A stretch of 54,545 bases of DNA from an uncultured virus (IMG/VR IMGVR_UViG_2504643024_000001) (IMGVR_UViG_2504643024_000001); one strand, 5' to 3'; positions 37,648-48,299 are shown, counted from the stretch's first letter. A program made the numbers and translations. Notes: generated from the sequence alone by a model not told the origin.

Positions 37648-39201
37648 ATGCCAATTTATCCGGCAGGCAGCTTGAACACGGCGGCGCTCACAGCACCCGA
37701 TTTGTACATTCAGATCGTTCCGCCGAAGACTCGATACATCAACGGGGTGCCGACCGACATTCTGGGGATTGTCGGTGTGGCTTCTTGGGGCGCAGTGAAC
37801 AGTCCAGTGCTGATTGGTTCGCCCGGCGATGCATCACAGAAGATCGGCACCCAACAGGTGCGCAAGTACGACCTGGCCACCGCCATCGCGGTATCGATCG
37901 GACTGGGCGCCTCGAACATCCGTGCGGTGCGCGTGACCGACGGCACGGACACTGCCGCGACCTCGACCCTTAAGGATACGGCGGCCGCCATCGGTGCCAC
38001 CCTGACCGCTTTTTACACCGGCACCCTCGGCAACTCGCTCACCGCCACGCTCACCGCCGGCACCGCGCTGGCGAGCTGGAAGCTGGTCATTTCGCTGCCG
38101 GGTGTATCGCCTGAAGTATTCGACAATATTACCGGCACTGCCGGCGCGCTCTGGGCCAACATCGTCGCAGCCGTCAACAACGGCCAGTCCGGGATTCGCG
38201 GCGCGTCGCAGTTGGTGATTGCTACCACCGGGGCCTCCATTCTTGCGCCAGCAGTCACGCAGACTGTCGCATTCACAGCCGGTACGGATGGTGCGACCAC
38301 CATCACCGATGCAGTGCTGATCGGTGTCGATGGCGTGACCGGCTCGACCCGCAAGGGCATGTATGCCCTGCGCGGCAGCGGCGCCCAAGTCGCCAATCTG
38401 GTGGATCTCACCGATTCGACCCAATGGCCGACCATGGTTACCTTCGGCTTGTCCGAGGGCTGTTACATGATCACCCAGGGACCGGCTGGCGCTTCCTACG
38501 TCACGGTTTCCGCCAGCCTGGTCACCGCCGGTTGCGACAGCTACGCGCTGAAAGTACTGGTGGGTGACTGGACCTACTGGATGGACCAGGTCAACGGCCA
38601 GCGCCGGATGCTGGCCCCGGCCACCTTCTCAGCCGCCGAGATCGCCGCCCTGGCACCGCACCAGTCGCCGCTGAACAAGCCGCTGAGCAACGCGGTATCG
38701 ACTCAGCGCAATCTTTCCCAGCAGCCGTACAGCCTGGCCGAGATCGGCGCGATCAACCTCGCTCGACTGGACGTGATCACCAACCCGTGCCCGGGAGGAA
38801 ACTATTTCGGGCATCGGATCGGCATGAACAGCTCGAGCAACCCGACGATCAATGGCGACAACTACACGCGGATGACCAACTTCATTGCGCTGACGTTGGC
38901 CGCATCGTTCGGGTACGTGATCGGGCGACTGCAGGTGGAGGATCTTCGTCGCACCACGAAGTCGACCATCGAAAGCTTCCTGCAGAACCTGGTTGGGCAG
39001 GGGATGATCGGCGACCCGAATGGCGGCCCGGCGTTCTCCGTGCAGATCAACGCCGCCAACAACCCTGACTCGCGAGTCGCTCTGGGCTACATGCAGGCCG
39101 ACGTGCAGGTCAAGTACCTGTCGGTCGTTTACTACTTCCTGGTGAATCTGGAGGCGGGGCAGTCCGTCACCATCACCGTATCCACCAATCCGCGCCAATA
39201 A
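37648..39201 (+). CDS. Tail sheath protein
   Basis: PDLYIQ, GIVGVASWG, FTAGTDG, C-terminal sheath pattern. Confidence 0.88.
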   Translation: MPIYPAGSLNTAALTAPDLYIQIVPPKTRYINGVPTDILGIVGVASWGAVNSPVLIGSPGDASQKIGTQQVRKYDLATAIAVSIGLGASNIRAVRVTDGTDTAATSTLKDTAAAIGATLTAFYTGTLGNSLTATLTAGTALASWKLVISLPGVSPEVFDNITGTAGALWANIVAAVNNGQSGIRGASQLVIATTGASILAPAVTQTVAFTAGTDGATTITDAVLIGVDGVTGSTRKGMYALRGSGAQVANLVDLTDSTQWPTMVTFGLSEGCYMITQGPAGASYVTVSASLVTAGCDSYALKVLVGDWTYWMDQVNGQRRMLAPATFSAAEIAALAPHQSPLNKPLSNAVSTQRNLSQQPYSLAEIGAINLARLDVITNPCPGGNYFGHRIGMNSSSNPTINGDNYTRMTNFIALTLAASFGYVIGRLQVEDLRRTTKSTIESFLQNLVGQGMIGDPNGGPAFSVQINAANNPDSRVALGYMQADVQVKYLSVVYYFLVNLEAGQSVTITVSTNPRQ

Positions 39202-39259
39202 GCGCTAACACCCACTTCCAAGCCCGGCCTAGCGCCGGGTTTTTCATTTGGAGAACGCC

Positions 39260-39688
39260 ATGCAAGGTGGATACAACACGGGCAAGGATGTCTCGATCGA
39301 CATCAACGGCCCCTACGGCCCGATCCGCATCCCGGCCCTGATGGACTTCGACAGCAAGCCGAAGATCACCAGTACAGAAATTACGCCGCTCAACGGTCAG
39401 ACCGATGAGCTGAACGTCCCCAAGGGCTGGACTGGCACGTTCAGCATTGAGCGAAAAGACGCGACCATTGATAACTACTGGGCGCAGTGGGAGGCCGACT
39501 ACTACGCCGGCGTGTCGCAGCCTGCCTCGACCATCACCGAGACCTTCTCGGAGCCGGACGGCAGCGTCAGTACCTTCCGCTACACCCAAGTCCAGCTGAA
39601 GTTGGATGACGCCGGCAAGAAGGAAGGCGACAAGACCATCAAGCAGTCGATGTCGTTCACTGCCCGTCGTCGCCTGAAAGTCTCCTAA
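39260..39688 (+). CDS. Tail tube protein
   Basis: 142 aa directly after sheath. Confidence 0.8.
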   Translation: MQGGYNTGKDVSIDINGPYGPIRIPALMDFDSKPKITSTEITPLNGQTDELNVPKGWTGTFSIERKDATIDNYWAQWEADYYAGVSQPASTITETFSEPDGSVSTFRYTQVQLKLDDAGKKEGDKTIKQSMSFTARRRLKVS

Positions 39689-39783
39689 TCCAGTTTTGCA
39701 TGGCAGCCCGGCACGCAGGGCGCGGGACTCGTCACCCCGCACGCCATGCTCCTTTGACGACTCGCTGACCAGAGGATTTACCT

Positions 39784-40182
39784 ATGACCAAAGTAACTGT
39801 TAACCACGATGCAGCGGCGCCTGTTGAAACACCAAAAAAGTCCAGGAATGCCACTATCACCGACAGTACCGGGCGCACGATCCAGCTGCGCGAGCTTGAC
39901 CCGTTGCAGAAAGGCCGACTGGTAATGTCGGTCGGCGGTGAAATTGCAGCCAACAACGTTTTTATGTCCGGATTTGCAATCCCGGCCGCCATGGTCACCC
40001 ATGTCGACGACGATTTCTTTGGCATGCCAGCCAACATCAAGCAGATTGAAGCGATGATCAGCATTTTGGGCGAAGAGGGCATGGAGGCGATTGGTGCTTA
40101 TCTGCTGAAAAAGTATGAAGCCCAGAAAAAAGAGCAGGAACAAGCAGCGCTGAGCGCTGAGCAGGCCGCAGCAAAAAACTAG
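39784..40182 (+). CDS. Tail assembly chaperone (G-like), with -1 frameshift extension to 40361
   Basis: A AAA AAC at 40173-40179 before the stop; -1 frame open for 60 codons. Confidence 0.78.
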   Translation: MTKVTVNHDAAAPVETPKKSRNATITDSTGRTIQLRELDPLQKGRLVMSVGGEIAANNVFMSGFAIPAAMVTHVDDDFFGMPANIKQIEAMISILGEEGMEAIGAYLLKKYEAQKKEQEQAALSAEQAAAKN

Positions 40183-40360
40183 GAACGAACCCTGATTTTC
40201 GCAGCCGTTGCTGGTTGGTGAAGAACGGGGTTCCCTTCAGTGTAGTTTTTGAGTGCGATTACTTGGATGAATACGAGCGAATGGCGTTTTCCATCATCTT
40301 CTCCGAGTTCGAGGGGAGTGAGTTCGACTGGGACTCTATGACGTTCAAGGAGAAGAAGTA

Positions 40361-40846
40361 GTGGAGCTGAAAAGTCTTGGAGATTTGGCCGCGCACCTCG
40401 TTGGCATAGAGGCGGGGATGCTGAAACATCTTGAGGCTGGTCTTGAGGATTGCGCTGTTCGCCTCGAGCAGACCATGAAGGCTGAGATTGGCCATTACCA
40501 GGCCGGTATCGGCCCATTTGAGGCTTGGGCGGATCTTGCTGACTCGACAGAGGCCAGCAAGGCGGCAAATGGCTATCCAGCTGATTCTCCGTTGCGTGCA
40601 AATGGCGATCTGGCAGAGAGCTTCACGCATACAACTCACGGACTTGAAACCGTTGTTGGCTCGACAGACCCAGTGATGGTCTATCACGAATTTGGTACGC
40701 CAAAGATGCCGCCGCGCAACGTTGTAGGGGCCGCGCTTCTCAGGAACAAGGAGTACATCCGGCGCCGAATTGGCCATGCAGCAACCAGCGGCCTAATTGG
40801 AGGTAATCCGATCCATGCTTCGCTGGGCTACGATGGCGAAACTTAA
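40361..40846 (+). CDS. Virion morphogenesis protein (HK97 gp10-like)
   Basis: G.L..S, YHEFGTPKMPPR motif. Confidence 0.7.
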   Translation: MELKSLGDLAAHLVGIEAGMLKHLEAGLEDCAVRLEQTMKAEIGHYQAGIGPFEAWADLADSTEASKAANGYPADSPLRANGDLAESFTHTTHGLETVVGSTDPVMVYHEFGTPKMPPRNVVGAALLRNKEYIRRRIGHAATSGLIGGNPIHASLGYDGET

Positions 40847-40858
40847 AGGGGGGGGGTA

Positions 40859-41272
40859 TTACTTGGCTTTTTCCCGAAGCTCTCGACTCTCTTCAATCCC
40901 TCGCTTGATGCTGGCGGCGAACTCGGGATCTTCCTTGAACATTTTTAGACCCCATCTGAGGGTCTCGGATACGACCTCTTTAAAGGATTTTCCGGACTCG
41001 TCTGCAATTCTCTGGAGCTCGTCCAGGGAATCTTGAGGCAAGCCAATGCTTAGATCGCGGGGTTTGCTTTCTTGGATTCCCAGCAAATCCTCGCTAGAAA
41101 CGCCAAGGGCCTCAGCCAGGCGCAGCAGTACCTTGAGCCTTGGCTTGGATTGTCCAGACTCGTATTTAGAAATCATCGACCAGGCAATGCCGGTCAAGGC
41201 CGCCAGCTCTCTCTGAGTCAGCCCTTTTTGTGCTCGCAAATACGCGAGCTTGTCAGCGAATGTGTCGTTCAT
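40859..41272 (-). CDS. XRE-family regulator
   Basis: LTQRELAALTG..ISKYESG HTH. Confidence 0.85.
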   Translation of the reverse strand: MNDTFADKLAYLRAQKGLTQRELAALTGIAWSMISKYESGQSKPRLKVLLRLAEALGVSSEDLLGIQESKPRDLSIGLPQDSLDELQRIADESGKSFKEVVSETLRWGLKMFKEDPEFAASIKRGIEESRELREKAK

Positions 41273-41424
41273 GACCGCCTTAGCATTTTGTACGCGGAGG
41301 AATTATCCCCGTACCTAAAGGGTACGGGCGCACGCTGCGCCGTGCAACAAAGGAAACATTGTTGTTGACAAAAGAAACAAAAGACACAAAACTACACAAA
41401 CGAAACGACACAAAGGAAGCGGTC

Positions 41425-41595
41425 ATGAGCGCGGAAAAACAGAAGAGGGTAGTAGGTGTCCGACTGGTAGATCAGATGCGTGAGACGCTCTCCAGAAAGG
41501 CCGAACAAAACGGGCGAAGCTTGAGCGGCGAGATTATCTACCGACTGAGGAAGTCGTTAGAGCAGGAGGCGGAACATGAAAAGCAACAGCCATAA
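41425..41595 (+). CDS. Arc-like ribbon-helix-helix repressor
   Basis: VRL...A..NGRSLSGEIIYRL. Confidence 0.85.
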   Translation: MSAEKQKRVVGVRLVDQMRETLSRKAEQNGRSLSGEIIYRLRKSLEQEAEHEKQQP

Positions 41596-41662
41596 AAAAG
41601 CCCCAAGCGCGCCAACGCTTGAGGCTCATGAAGCAGAACGTCAATCTACTAGGAAAAACGTC

Positions 41663-42529
41663 ATGACGAATAATAGCACAGCTGTATCCAATGTCATCCC
41701 GTTCGATTTTCGCGGACATAGCGTCCGCGCAGTCTCCATCAATGGAGAGCCGTGGTTCGTCGCTGTCGATGTTTGCAAGGTACTTGGCCAGACCAATACA
41801 ACCAAAGCCTTGTACGCGCTGGACGATGACGAACGGTCTAACTTTAAGTTAGGGCGTCAGGGCGATGTAAACATCATCAGTGAGTCGGGCCTTTACACCC
41901 TCACACTGCGCTGCCGCGACGCGGTGACGAAGGGCAGCAAGCCTCACGCCTTTCGCCGCTGGGTGACATCAGAGGTTCTGCCAGCCATCCGCAAGCATGG
42001 TAACTACGTCGACCGCTACAACGCCATGGGCGACCTCGTTGGCGCCGTCATCGGCACCAGCGGCGAGAACGTCCTTGACCGTGTGATCGACCAGAAAGCA
42101 TCGCCGGTCCCGCATGCCCTTCAGCGCAGTTTCAAGCACACCATGAAGAGCCGGCTGCGCTCGCGCTTCAATGTTCAGCGGACAGCACTCATTCCAGCCG
42201 AGCATTTGGCGGACGCATGCAATTTCGTGGCTGCGTATGCCCTGGATGGTGAATGGATCGGTCGGTCCGACAAGGATGGGGTGTTTTTCAACGTTCATGA
42301 GGTCCAGCACATCTACTTGCTGATGTCTCGTCACGCCTCGCTCATGCGGGATCGCGAAGCCATCCTTTCGGCTGGTCGGCTCCTTGACTCAAGAACGCTC
42401 ATTCGCGTGTTCGACCAGATCAATGAGGGGCGATCTTCATTTTCTTTTCTCGATGCACGGAGGTCGGAAATTTACAGCACGTATCTGTCTACCGGCTGCT
42501 CTCCGGGTGGGTATGCAGCTACTGCTTGA
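41663..42529 (+). CDS. Bro-N antirepressor
   Basis: FDFRGHSVR..GEPWFVAVDVC, ISESGLY, FRRWVTSEVLPAIRKHG. Confidence 0.88.
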   Translation: MTNNSTAVSNVIPFDFRGHSVRAVSINGEPWFVAVDVCKVLGQTNTTKALYALDDDERSNFKLGRQGDVNIISESGLYTLTLRCRDAVTKGSKPHAFRRWVTSEVLPAIRKHGNYVDRYNAMGDLVGAVIGTSGENVLDRVIDQKASPVPHALQRSFKHTMKSRLRSRFNVQRTALIPAEHLADACNFVAAYALDGEWIGRSDKDGVFFNVHEVQHIYLLMSRHASLMRDREAILSAGRLLDSRTLIRVFDQINEGRSSFSFLDARRSEIYSTYLSTGCSPGGYAATA

Positions 42530-42537
42530 TTTGAGGT

Positions 42538-42570
42538 AAAAGAAACCCCGCTTCGGCGGGGTTTATTTTT
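42538..42570. terminator. Bidirectional intrinsic terminator
   Basis: AAACCCCGC-TTCG-GCGGGGTTT between convergent genes. Confidence 0.8.
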
Positions 42571-42572
42571 GA

Positions 42573-43049
42573 CTACCGTTTATTCAAAAATGCTTTGGGC
42601 ATCCAGAACGGCTTATTATCAGAGCCAGAAACCCAGATAGACATGGTGTCTTCTGGGTTGTTCATAACTGTTACAGAGATTTTGGATTTGCCTTTTTGGC
42701 ACTGCGCCTGAGCTTCGTCGTAAGTAGAAACTTCCGCTTTAGAGCGCAACATGTCTAACATTTCTTTCGTCTGGCCCTCGAACTCTGGCTCTCCTGTTTT
42801 AGTGGAGATGTTTGGGAGCTTGCCTGTTATCTGGTAAGTCGCCTCTACCATTCCAATGGTTGTAGTCACGTATTCTGCGATATCCAGGGTTGGACAGGCA
42901 AAATAAAATTCATTCTTGGACTCTATAAATGTTACCGCCTTGTCTCCGGGGTTGCAGTCGACGATTGAGCACGACTTGCTCATGTCAGCTGCCGTACAAG
43001 TAGCGGATAATAACAGCGCTGCTATAAACGATATTGTCTTCATATTCAT
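42573..43049 (-). CDS. Secreted accessory (moron) protein
   Basis: Signal-peptide-like MKTISFIAALLLSATCTA, AT-richer, antisense to late operon. Confidence 0.7.
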   Translation of the reverse strand: MNMKTISFIAALLLSATCTAADMSKSCSIVDCNPGDKAVTFIESKNEFYFACPTLDIAEYVTTTIGMVEATYQITGKLPNISTKTGEPEFEGQTKEMLDMLRSKAEVSTYDEAQAQCQKGKSKISVTVMNNPEDTMSIWVSGSDNKPFWMPKAFLNKR

Positions 43050-43051
43050 CC

Positions 43052-43282
43052 TTACTCTGGCTGAAGTGCCGCAATTGCAAAAAAGCCGACAACGATTATC
43101 ACCGGCCCAAATATCCACCACATAGCAACCGCAAAAATCATCAGCCTCCCAATTTTGTCTAGCCAATCCAACTCCTTCTGAGCAACCTGATTTTTCGGAA
43201 TGAATTTCTGCTTAGGGTACTGAGCACGCTTGGTGCGGCTCGCAAGCCACTCTTGAACCCTGAATTTCAAAGGAGCTTTCAT
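43052..43282 (-). CDS. Small membrane protein
   Basis: C-terminal hydrophobic segment. Confidence 0.45.
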   Translation of the reverse strand: MKAPLKFRVQEWLASRTKRAQYPKQKFIPKNQVAQKELDWLDKIGRLMIFAVAMWWIFGPVIIVVGFFAIAALQPE

Positions 43283-45290
43283 GTCAGCAGAATCCTATAG
43301 TGTTGCCGTCAGGTTGAGCCTGACCAATATGGTCAGCTCAGGGCTTAAGATCATTGCAGCGGACTTGCTTGGCCTGGAAAAGAACGTCGGCCGGGTAGAA
43401 GAGAAGCTCAAAGCCCTCAAAATGATAGGCGTCGGTTGGGGTATTTCCAAGGCTGGCGACGGCATGCTAGGGATGATTGGCAAGACGGTTGAGGCGAGCA
43501 AGGAATACACGCACCAAGTCGCACAGATGAATATTCTGGGCATGAAGCAGGCCGAAATTGCCGATGTCATCTCCACAGCCTGGAAAACCTCGCGCGACGT
43601 AATTACTTCAAGTGCCGCTGACAATATTGAAGCATACCGTGAGCTGCGCGCCGTGTTCGGCGCAGGTCATGAACACGAAGCCTTGGCGGTACTTCCGATT
43701 GCTCAGCGGGCCAGTGCAATCATATCGTCGCTGACGGGAAAAATGGCATCGGTTAAGGACGTTGGCTACGACATCTCAAAGGCCGCTGAACTGACCACTG
43801 TTGGCGGCATGAATGAGGCACAGCTGGCCAAGCGCGCCGAGCAATTCACCAAGGCGTCGATCGCCTTTGGCGGCAAAATCAACATGCATGACTTTCACGG
43901 CGCTCTAAAGATGACTCGCGGCGCCTCGCTGAACTACAACGACGATTTCATCGCGCACTATTTCCCGACTCTGATTCAAGAAATGAAGACCGGTCATGCG
44001 GGCGCTTCAGGTGCTGGCGTGCTGCTGCGAAACTTCGACAGAGCAGTTGTTGGCCAAGTCATTCCACTGAACAAGCTTCAGACCTGGATGGATGCCGGCT
44101 TGGTTAAGGCGGGAAGCGTGGTCTGGAACAAGCATCATACCGGCCTGAAAAAGATCAATCCGGGCGGCGTGGTGGGGCAGGATTTGGCGAGCGCCAACCC
44201 ACGCGACTGGTGGGAGCTTTATGGCGAGGCGGCCATCTCCAAGCTGATGAAGACGAAGGGGTTGACCGATATTCAGGCGATCAGCGCCTTGGGCACCAAC
44301 CAGATGACGACTGACTTTTTTAAGAAGCTCCACTTCCAGAAGGTTCAGTTTGACAGAGACAAGATCCTCATCGACCAGGTTGGAAGCAGCAAGGATTCCT
44401 ACGACAAATTGCTGAAGACAGATCCATTGCTCGCGCACAAAGCCCTGGATAAGCAGTGGGATAATGTTCTGGCTCGCATCGGTTACACAATTCTGCCAGT
44501 GATACTCCCTTACATGGTTAAGTTTGCGGACTGGCTCGACGGGATAGGGCAATGGATGCAGCACCATCCGGTCAAGCTGCAAGCCTTGGTTGGCAGTTTC
44601 CTTGCGATGGGTGTCGCATTCAGTATCCTCGGCAAAGTCATGATGGCGGCCGGCATTATCAAGCTCCTCGGGATTGGGCCGATGCTCATGGCGGCAGTAG
44701 CGCCGGTAGGGCTGGCCTTAGCTGCCATCGTAGTAGTCGGCCTCCTGCTCTGGAACAACTGGAATGAGATCAGCAGGGCGCTGACGGTGATGTGGGGCGA
44801 TATCAAAACTGGATTCATCCAGCTGTTCCATGGCGATATATCGGGCGCCTTCAAGTCCTTTACTCATGTGTTTCTACTGGGCTGGCAAACGATCTTCAAT
44901 ACGCTGATTGCCGGGGCGAACACGATACTTCCAGAGTCTTTGAAAATAAAGAAAGTGCACTTTGCGGGCAATTACGACGGTGGGGAGACGCCCAATTCGG
45001 AACTCCCTGGAATACTGCCGAAGTACAGTTTCGCTCCGCCAGTGCTGTCACTGCTTCCCGAACTTGCAAAGCCGCCCGTGCCCAGCCCTCTGGTTGCTCC
45101 GGTCCCCCCAAAACAATCGGTGCTACTGCAGCTCACTCAGCCCATTCACTTGGACGGGAAGAAGATTGCCGAGTCGGTCACGACTCACATGACCCGCGAA
45201 GCTTCCAAGCCACAGACTGGCACCCAAGGCTTTGACCCATCCCGCAACCCATTCATGCCGGGCACTCCGAGCGTGGTCTACCCGAGGTAA
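43281..45290 (+). CDS. Tape measure protein
   Basis: 669 aa helical with hydrophobic segments, LDGKKIA C-terminus. Confidence 0.82.
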   Translation: MSAESYSVAVRLSLTNMVSSGLKIIAADLLGLEKNVGRVEEKLKALKMIGVGWGISKAGDGMLGMIGKTVEASKEYTHQVAQMNILGMKQAEIADVISTAWKTSRDVITSSAADNIEAYRELRAVFGAGHEHEALAVLPIAQRASAIISSLTGKMASVKDVGYDISKAAELTTVGGMNEAQLAKRAEQFTKASIAFGGKINMHDFHGALKMTRGASLNYNDDFIAHYFPTLIQEMKTGHAGASGAGVLLRNFDRAVVGQVIPLNKLQTWMDAGLVKAGSVVWNKHHTGLKKINPGGVVGQDLASANPRDWWELYGEAAISKLMKTKGLTDIQAISALGTNQMTTDFFKKLHFQKVQFDRDKILIDQVGSSKDSYDKLLKTDPLLAHKALDKQWDNVLARIGYTILPVILPYMVKFADWLDGIGQWMQHHPVKLQALVGSFLAMGVAFSILGKVMMAAGIIKLLGIGPMLMAAVAPVGLALAAIVVVGLLLWNNWNEISRALTVMWGDIKTGFIQLFHGDISGAFKSFTHVFLLGWQTIFNTLIAGANTILPESLKIKKVHFAGNYDGGETPNSELPGILPKYSFAPPVLSLLPELAKPPVPSPLVAPVPPKQSVLLQLTQPIHLDGKKIAESVTTHMTREASKPQTGTQGFDPSRNPFMPGTPSVVYPR

Positions 45291-45296
45291 GAACCC

Positions 45297-46283
45297 ATGA
45301 GCTTCACCAGCTTCCTGGACAATTTCGCTCCGGGCGGGGATCCCTTTGCCACGCGGGTCATCTTGGGGGATTTCGAGTTCCAGGGATTGGAGGTTCCCGA
45401 GTCGGCCACACCGGGCGCCGGCAAGCAGCAACTGGTCATGCATAAGCTGGTCGGCGGCAAACGCGTCATCGACGTCATGGGCGTCGATTATGAGCCGATC
45501 AGTTGGTCTGGCTGGATTCTGGGGGCGACGGCGGGGCAACGGGTCACCGAGCTGGAGACCCTGCGTGATGCCGGCGAGCCGTTGGCGTTCAGTCTGGACG
45601 GCTACCACTTCCGGGTGATTCTTTCGGACTTCGTGCCGCGCTTCGAACACGTCTACCGGCGCCATTACAGCCTGGAGCTGACGGTGATCGAGCGCTTGGA
45701 CGCGCCGGTCACAACCAATTCACTGTCGGGCACGCTGGATGCGCTGGTCAATAGCGATGTCGGCAAGTCCTTGGGACTGGCCAGCATCATCAATTCGGAT
45801 GCCGTGACCAGCAGCATCAACACGGTGAAGGATGCGGTGTCGCAGGTGCAGGGCTTCGCCAATGCCACCATCGACACGGTGCAGACGGTGATTCGTCCGC
45901 TGGTGGCCGCGCAGGCGGTCGTGCAGTCGACGATTGCGCAGGTCGCCGGCTCGGTGAACGACATCACCACGCTCGGCGGCCTGATTCCGGGTAATCCGGT
46001 GTCGTCGGCGGCCAACAACGTGTTGCGTCAGGGTATGGCGCTGACCCAGCTCGCGCCGCTGTACCAGATGCAGAGCGTGCTGGAACGGATGCAGAAGAAC
46101 GTGCTCGCCGGTCCGCTGGCCAATGGCACCTCCAGCGTCACCACCAGCAATTCCAGCCTTCAGAAGATCGCCGCCGACAGCTATGGCGATCAGTCGCGCT
46201 GGACCGAGATTGCCGCGGCCAACAGCATTGTTGACCCGCAACTCAACGGCATCCAGACGATCAAAATCCCCATAGGTGAATAA
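45297..46283 (+). CDS. Tail tube initiator/baseplate protein with C-terminal LysM-like domain
   Basis: SLQKIAADSYGDQSRWTEIAAAN. Confidence 0.7.
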   Translation: MSFTSFLDNFAPGGDPFATRVILGDFEFQGLEVPESATPGAGKQQLVMHKLVGGKRVIDVMGVDYEPISWSGWILGATAGQRVTELETLRDAGEPLAFSLDGYHFRVILSDFVPRFEHVYRRHYSLELTVIERLDAPVTTNSLSGTLDALVNSDVGKSLGLASIINSDAVTSSINTVKDAVSQVQGFANATIDTVQTVIRPLVAAQAVVQSTIAQVAGSVNDITTLGGLIPGNPVSSAANNVLRQGMALTQLAPLYQMQSVLERMQKNVLAGPLANGTSSVTTSNSSLQKIAADSYGDQSRWTEIAAANSIVDPQLNGIQTIKIPIGE

Positions 46284-47394
46284 GTTGGATCTGAACACCG
46301 ATGCGACAGCCCAAGACGTCCGACAAATAGTCGGACGTTTGCTTTTGAATGGGGTGGAAGTTCCGTTTTATTCGTGCGACGTCGACAGCAACGCCTTCTA
46401 CTCGGCCGATACCTTCTCGGTCGTGTTCGTGCTGTCGGACATGCAGCCGCCCTACAACACGGTCAAATGGTGGGGTGATCAAACGGCGATTGAGGTGTCA
46501 ATTTCCATCGGCGTGATCGGTCAGGGCATCACCGACTGGCGCACGCTGATTGTTGGTGGGGTGGACCGGCTGAAGATCCGCCTGGCGAAGCGCGAAGTGA
46601 GCGTCGAAGGACGGGATTACACCAGCCGCTTCATCGATACCAAGACCAACGAGAAGTTTTCCGGACAGACCACCAGTGAAGTGGCCACGCTGCTGGCCAA
46701 GCGTCGCGGCCTTACACCTGTGGTCACGGCGACCAAGACCAAGGTGGGCGACATCACCAAATGGGATCACGCGCACGTCACCGATGAGCGCACAGAATGG
46801 GACTTGCTGGCGTACTTGGCCGGCCTTGACGGCTTTCAGGTGTACGTCACCGGTGACGAACTGCACTACGAGCCGGCGCTCGACCCGGCGACCACCGACC
46901 AGTACCTGATTCGCTGGGTCGAGCCAGGATTGCTGGCCTACCCGCAATCCAACACCTCGGATGACTTGGAATTTGAGCGTGACCTGACCATCGCCAAGGG
47001 CGTGACGGTGCAGGTCATCTCCTACAAGGACGGCAAGACCTATACCGCGACCTTTCCGAACAACTCGGCCAAAGGCATTGCGCCCGGCCAATCGACGTCG
47101 AAGCGCCAGGTCTACGAGATCAAGCGCAACGGCCTCGACCTGAACCAGGCACAGCAACTCGCCCAGAAGATCCACAAGCAAATCACCGACCACGAAATGC
47201 GCCTGTCCTGCTCGATGCCCGGCGACAACTCGCTGATGCCGAACACGATCGTCCGGCAGGAAGGGACCGGATCGGGCTTCGACCAGCTGTATTACGTGGA
47301 CGCGGTGCGGCGCTCGCTGAGCTTCGAGTCGGGCTACACCATGAGCCTCACGGCGAAGAACCATAACCCCAATTCACTGCAGGTGGCGCCATGA
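46276..47394 (+). CDS. Baseplate hub (gpD-like)
   Basis: GRDYT, WDLL..LA pattern, synteny. Confidence 0.75.
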   Translation: MNKLDLNTDATAQDVRQIVGRLLLNGVEVPFYSCDVDSNAFYSADTFSVVFVLSDMQPPYNTVKWWGDQTAIEVSISIGVIGQGITDWRTLIVGGVDRLKIRLAKREVSVEGRDYTSRFIDTKTNEKFSGQTTSEVATLLAKRRGLTPVVTATKTKVGDITKWDHAHVTDERTEWDLLAYLAGLDGFQVYVTGDELHYEPALDPATTDQYLIRWVEPGLLAYPQSNTSDDLEFERDLTIAKGVTVQVISYKDGKTYTATFPNNSAKGIAPGQSTSKRQVYEIKRNGLDLNQAQQLAQKIHKQITDHEMRLSCSMPGDNSLMPNTIVRQEGTGSGFDQLYYVDAVRRSLSFESGYTMSLTAKNHNPNSLQVAP

Positions 47395-47936
47395 TCGCAG
47401 GTTTCGCGAATGCCTTGCGCCAGCATGGCAACACAGACGATACAGGGCCGCGCACCGGGATAATCTCCAGCTACGATCCTGGCAGCGGTGTAAAGGTCAA
47501 GATTCAGCCAGAAGACCGAGAAACGAACTGGATTCAGCTGGACTGCCCTGGCGTCGGGAATGGCTGGGGCGTCCAGATCGGCCCCCAGATAGGCGACGAG
47601 GTAACCGTCTCGTTTGAATCGAATGACCCGAACCTCGGCAAAGTCACGGCTCGCCACGCAAACAGCAATAACCTGCCTATGCCGGTGCCGTCCGGCGAAA
47701 TCTGGATGGTTCACAAGTCTGGCTCGCTGCTCAAGTTCCATAACGACGGATCGGTCGAGATCAAGGCGGCAGCCGGAATGGCCTATACGGCGACCGTGCA
47801 CCAATTCCATGGGCCAATAACCACTGACAGCACCATTACGGCGGCCGGCGATGTTGTGGCCGGCACAGTCAGCCTGGAAAACCACCTGCATAACGGTGGG
47901 ACCATCAGCGGCAAGACCTCGGCGCCTATCCCATGA
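47391..47936 (+). CDS. Baseplate spike (gpV-like)
   Basis: PQIGDEV.V.F, C-terminal SL..HxH. Confidence 0.88.
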   Translation: MIAGFANALRQHGNTDDTGPRTGIISSYDPGSGVKVKIQPEDRETNWIQLDCPGVGNGWGVQIGPQIGDEVTVSFESNDPNLGKVTARHANSNNLPMPVPSGEIWMVHKSGSLLKFHNDGSVEIKAAAGMAYTATVHQFHGPITTDSTITAAGDVVAGTVSLENHLHNGGTISGKTSAPIP

Positions 47937-48298
47937 AAGACCTGAACCACTACGTCGGCGGCGATCTTTCGCTATCGCCGACCGGCAGTCTATCGACTGT
48001 CGAAGGCATCGAGCGCGGTAAGCAGCGGATTCTACGCCGGCTGATCACTAACCCCGGCGACTACCTGTTCCACCCGGAATACGGCGCCGGTCTCGGCCGC
48101 TACGTCGGCGCGCTGATGAACATCCCGGAAATCATCGCCCTCATTCGCGGACAGATTCTGCTCGAGGACTGCGTGGCGAAAAAGCCTGCGCCGGTCATAT
48201 CGGTCTCGTCATCGAACGACACCCTGTCCGTCACTATCAGCTACACCGACTCTGCTTCTGGCGAGCCGGTGACGCTCTCGTTTGAGGTAAATCGCTGA
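47933..48298 (+). CDS. Baseplate wedge (gpW/gp25-like)
   Basis: L.T.PG.Y..HPEYGAGL. Confidence 0.8.
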   Translation: MKDLNHYVGGDLSLSPTGSLSTVEGIERGKQRILRRLITNPGDYLFHPEYGAGLGRYVGALMNIPEIIALIRGQILLEDCVAKKPAPVISVSSSNDTLSVTISYTDSASGEPVTLSFEVNR

Positions 48299-48299
48299 T

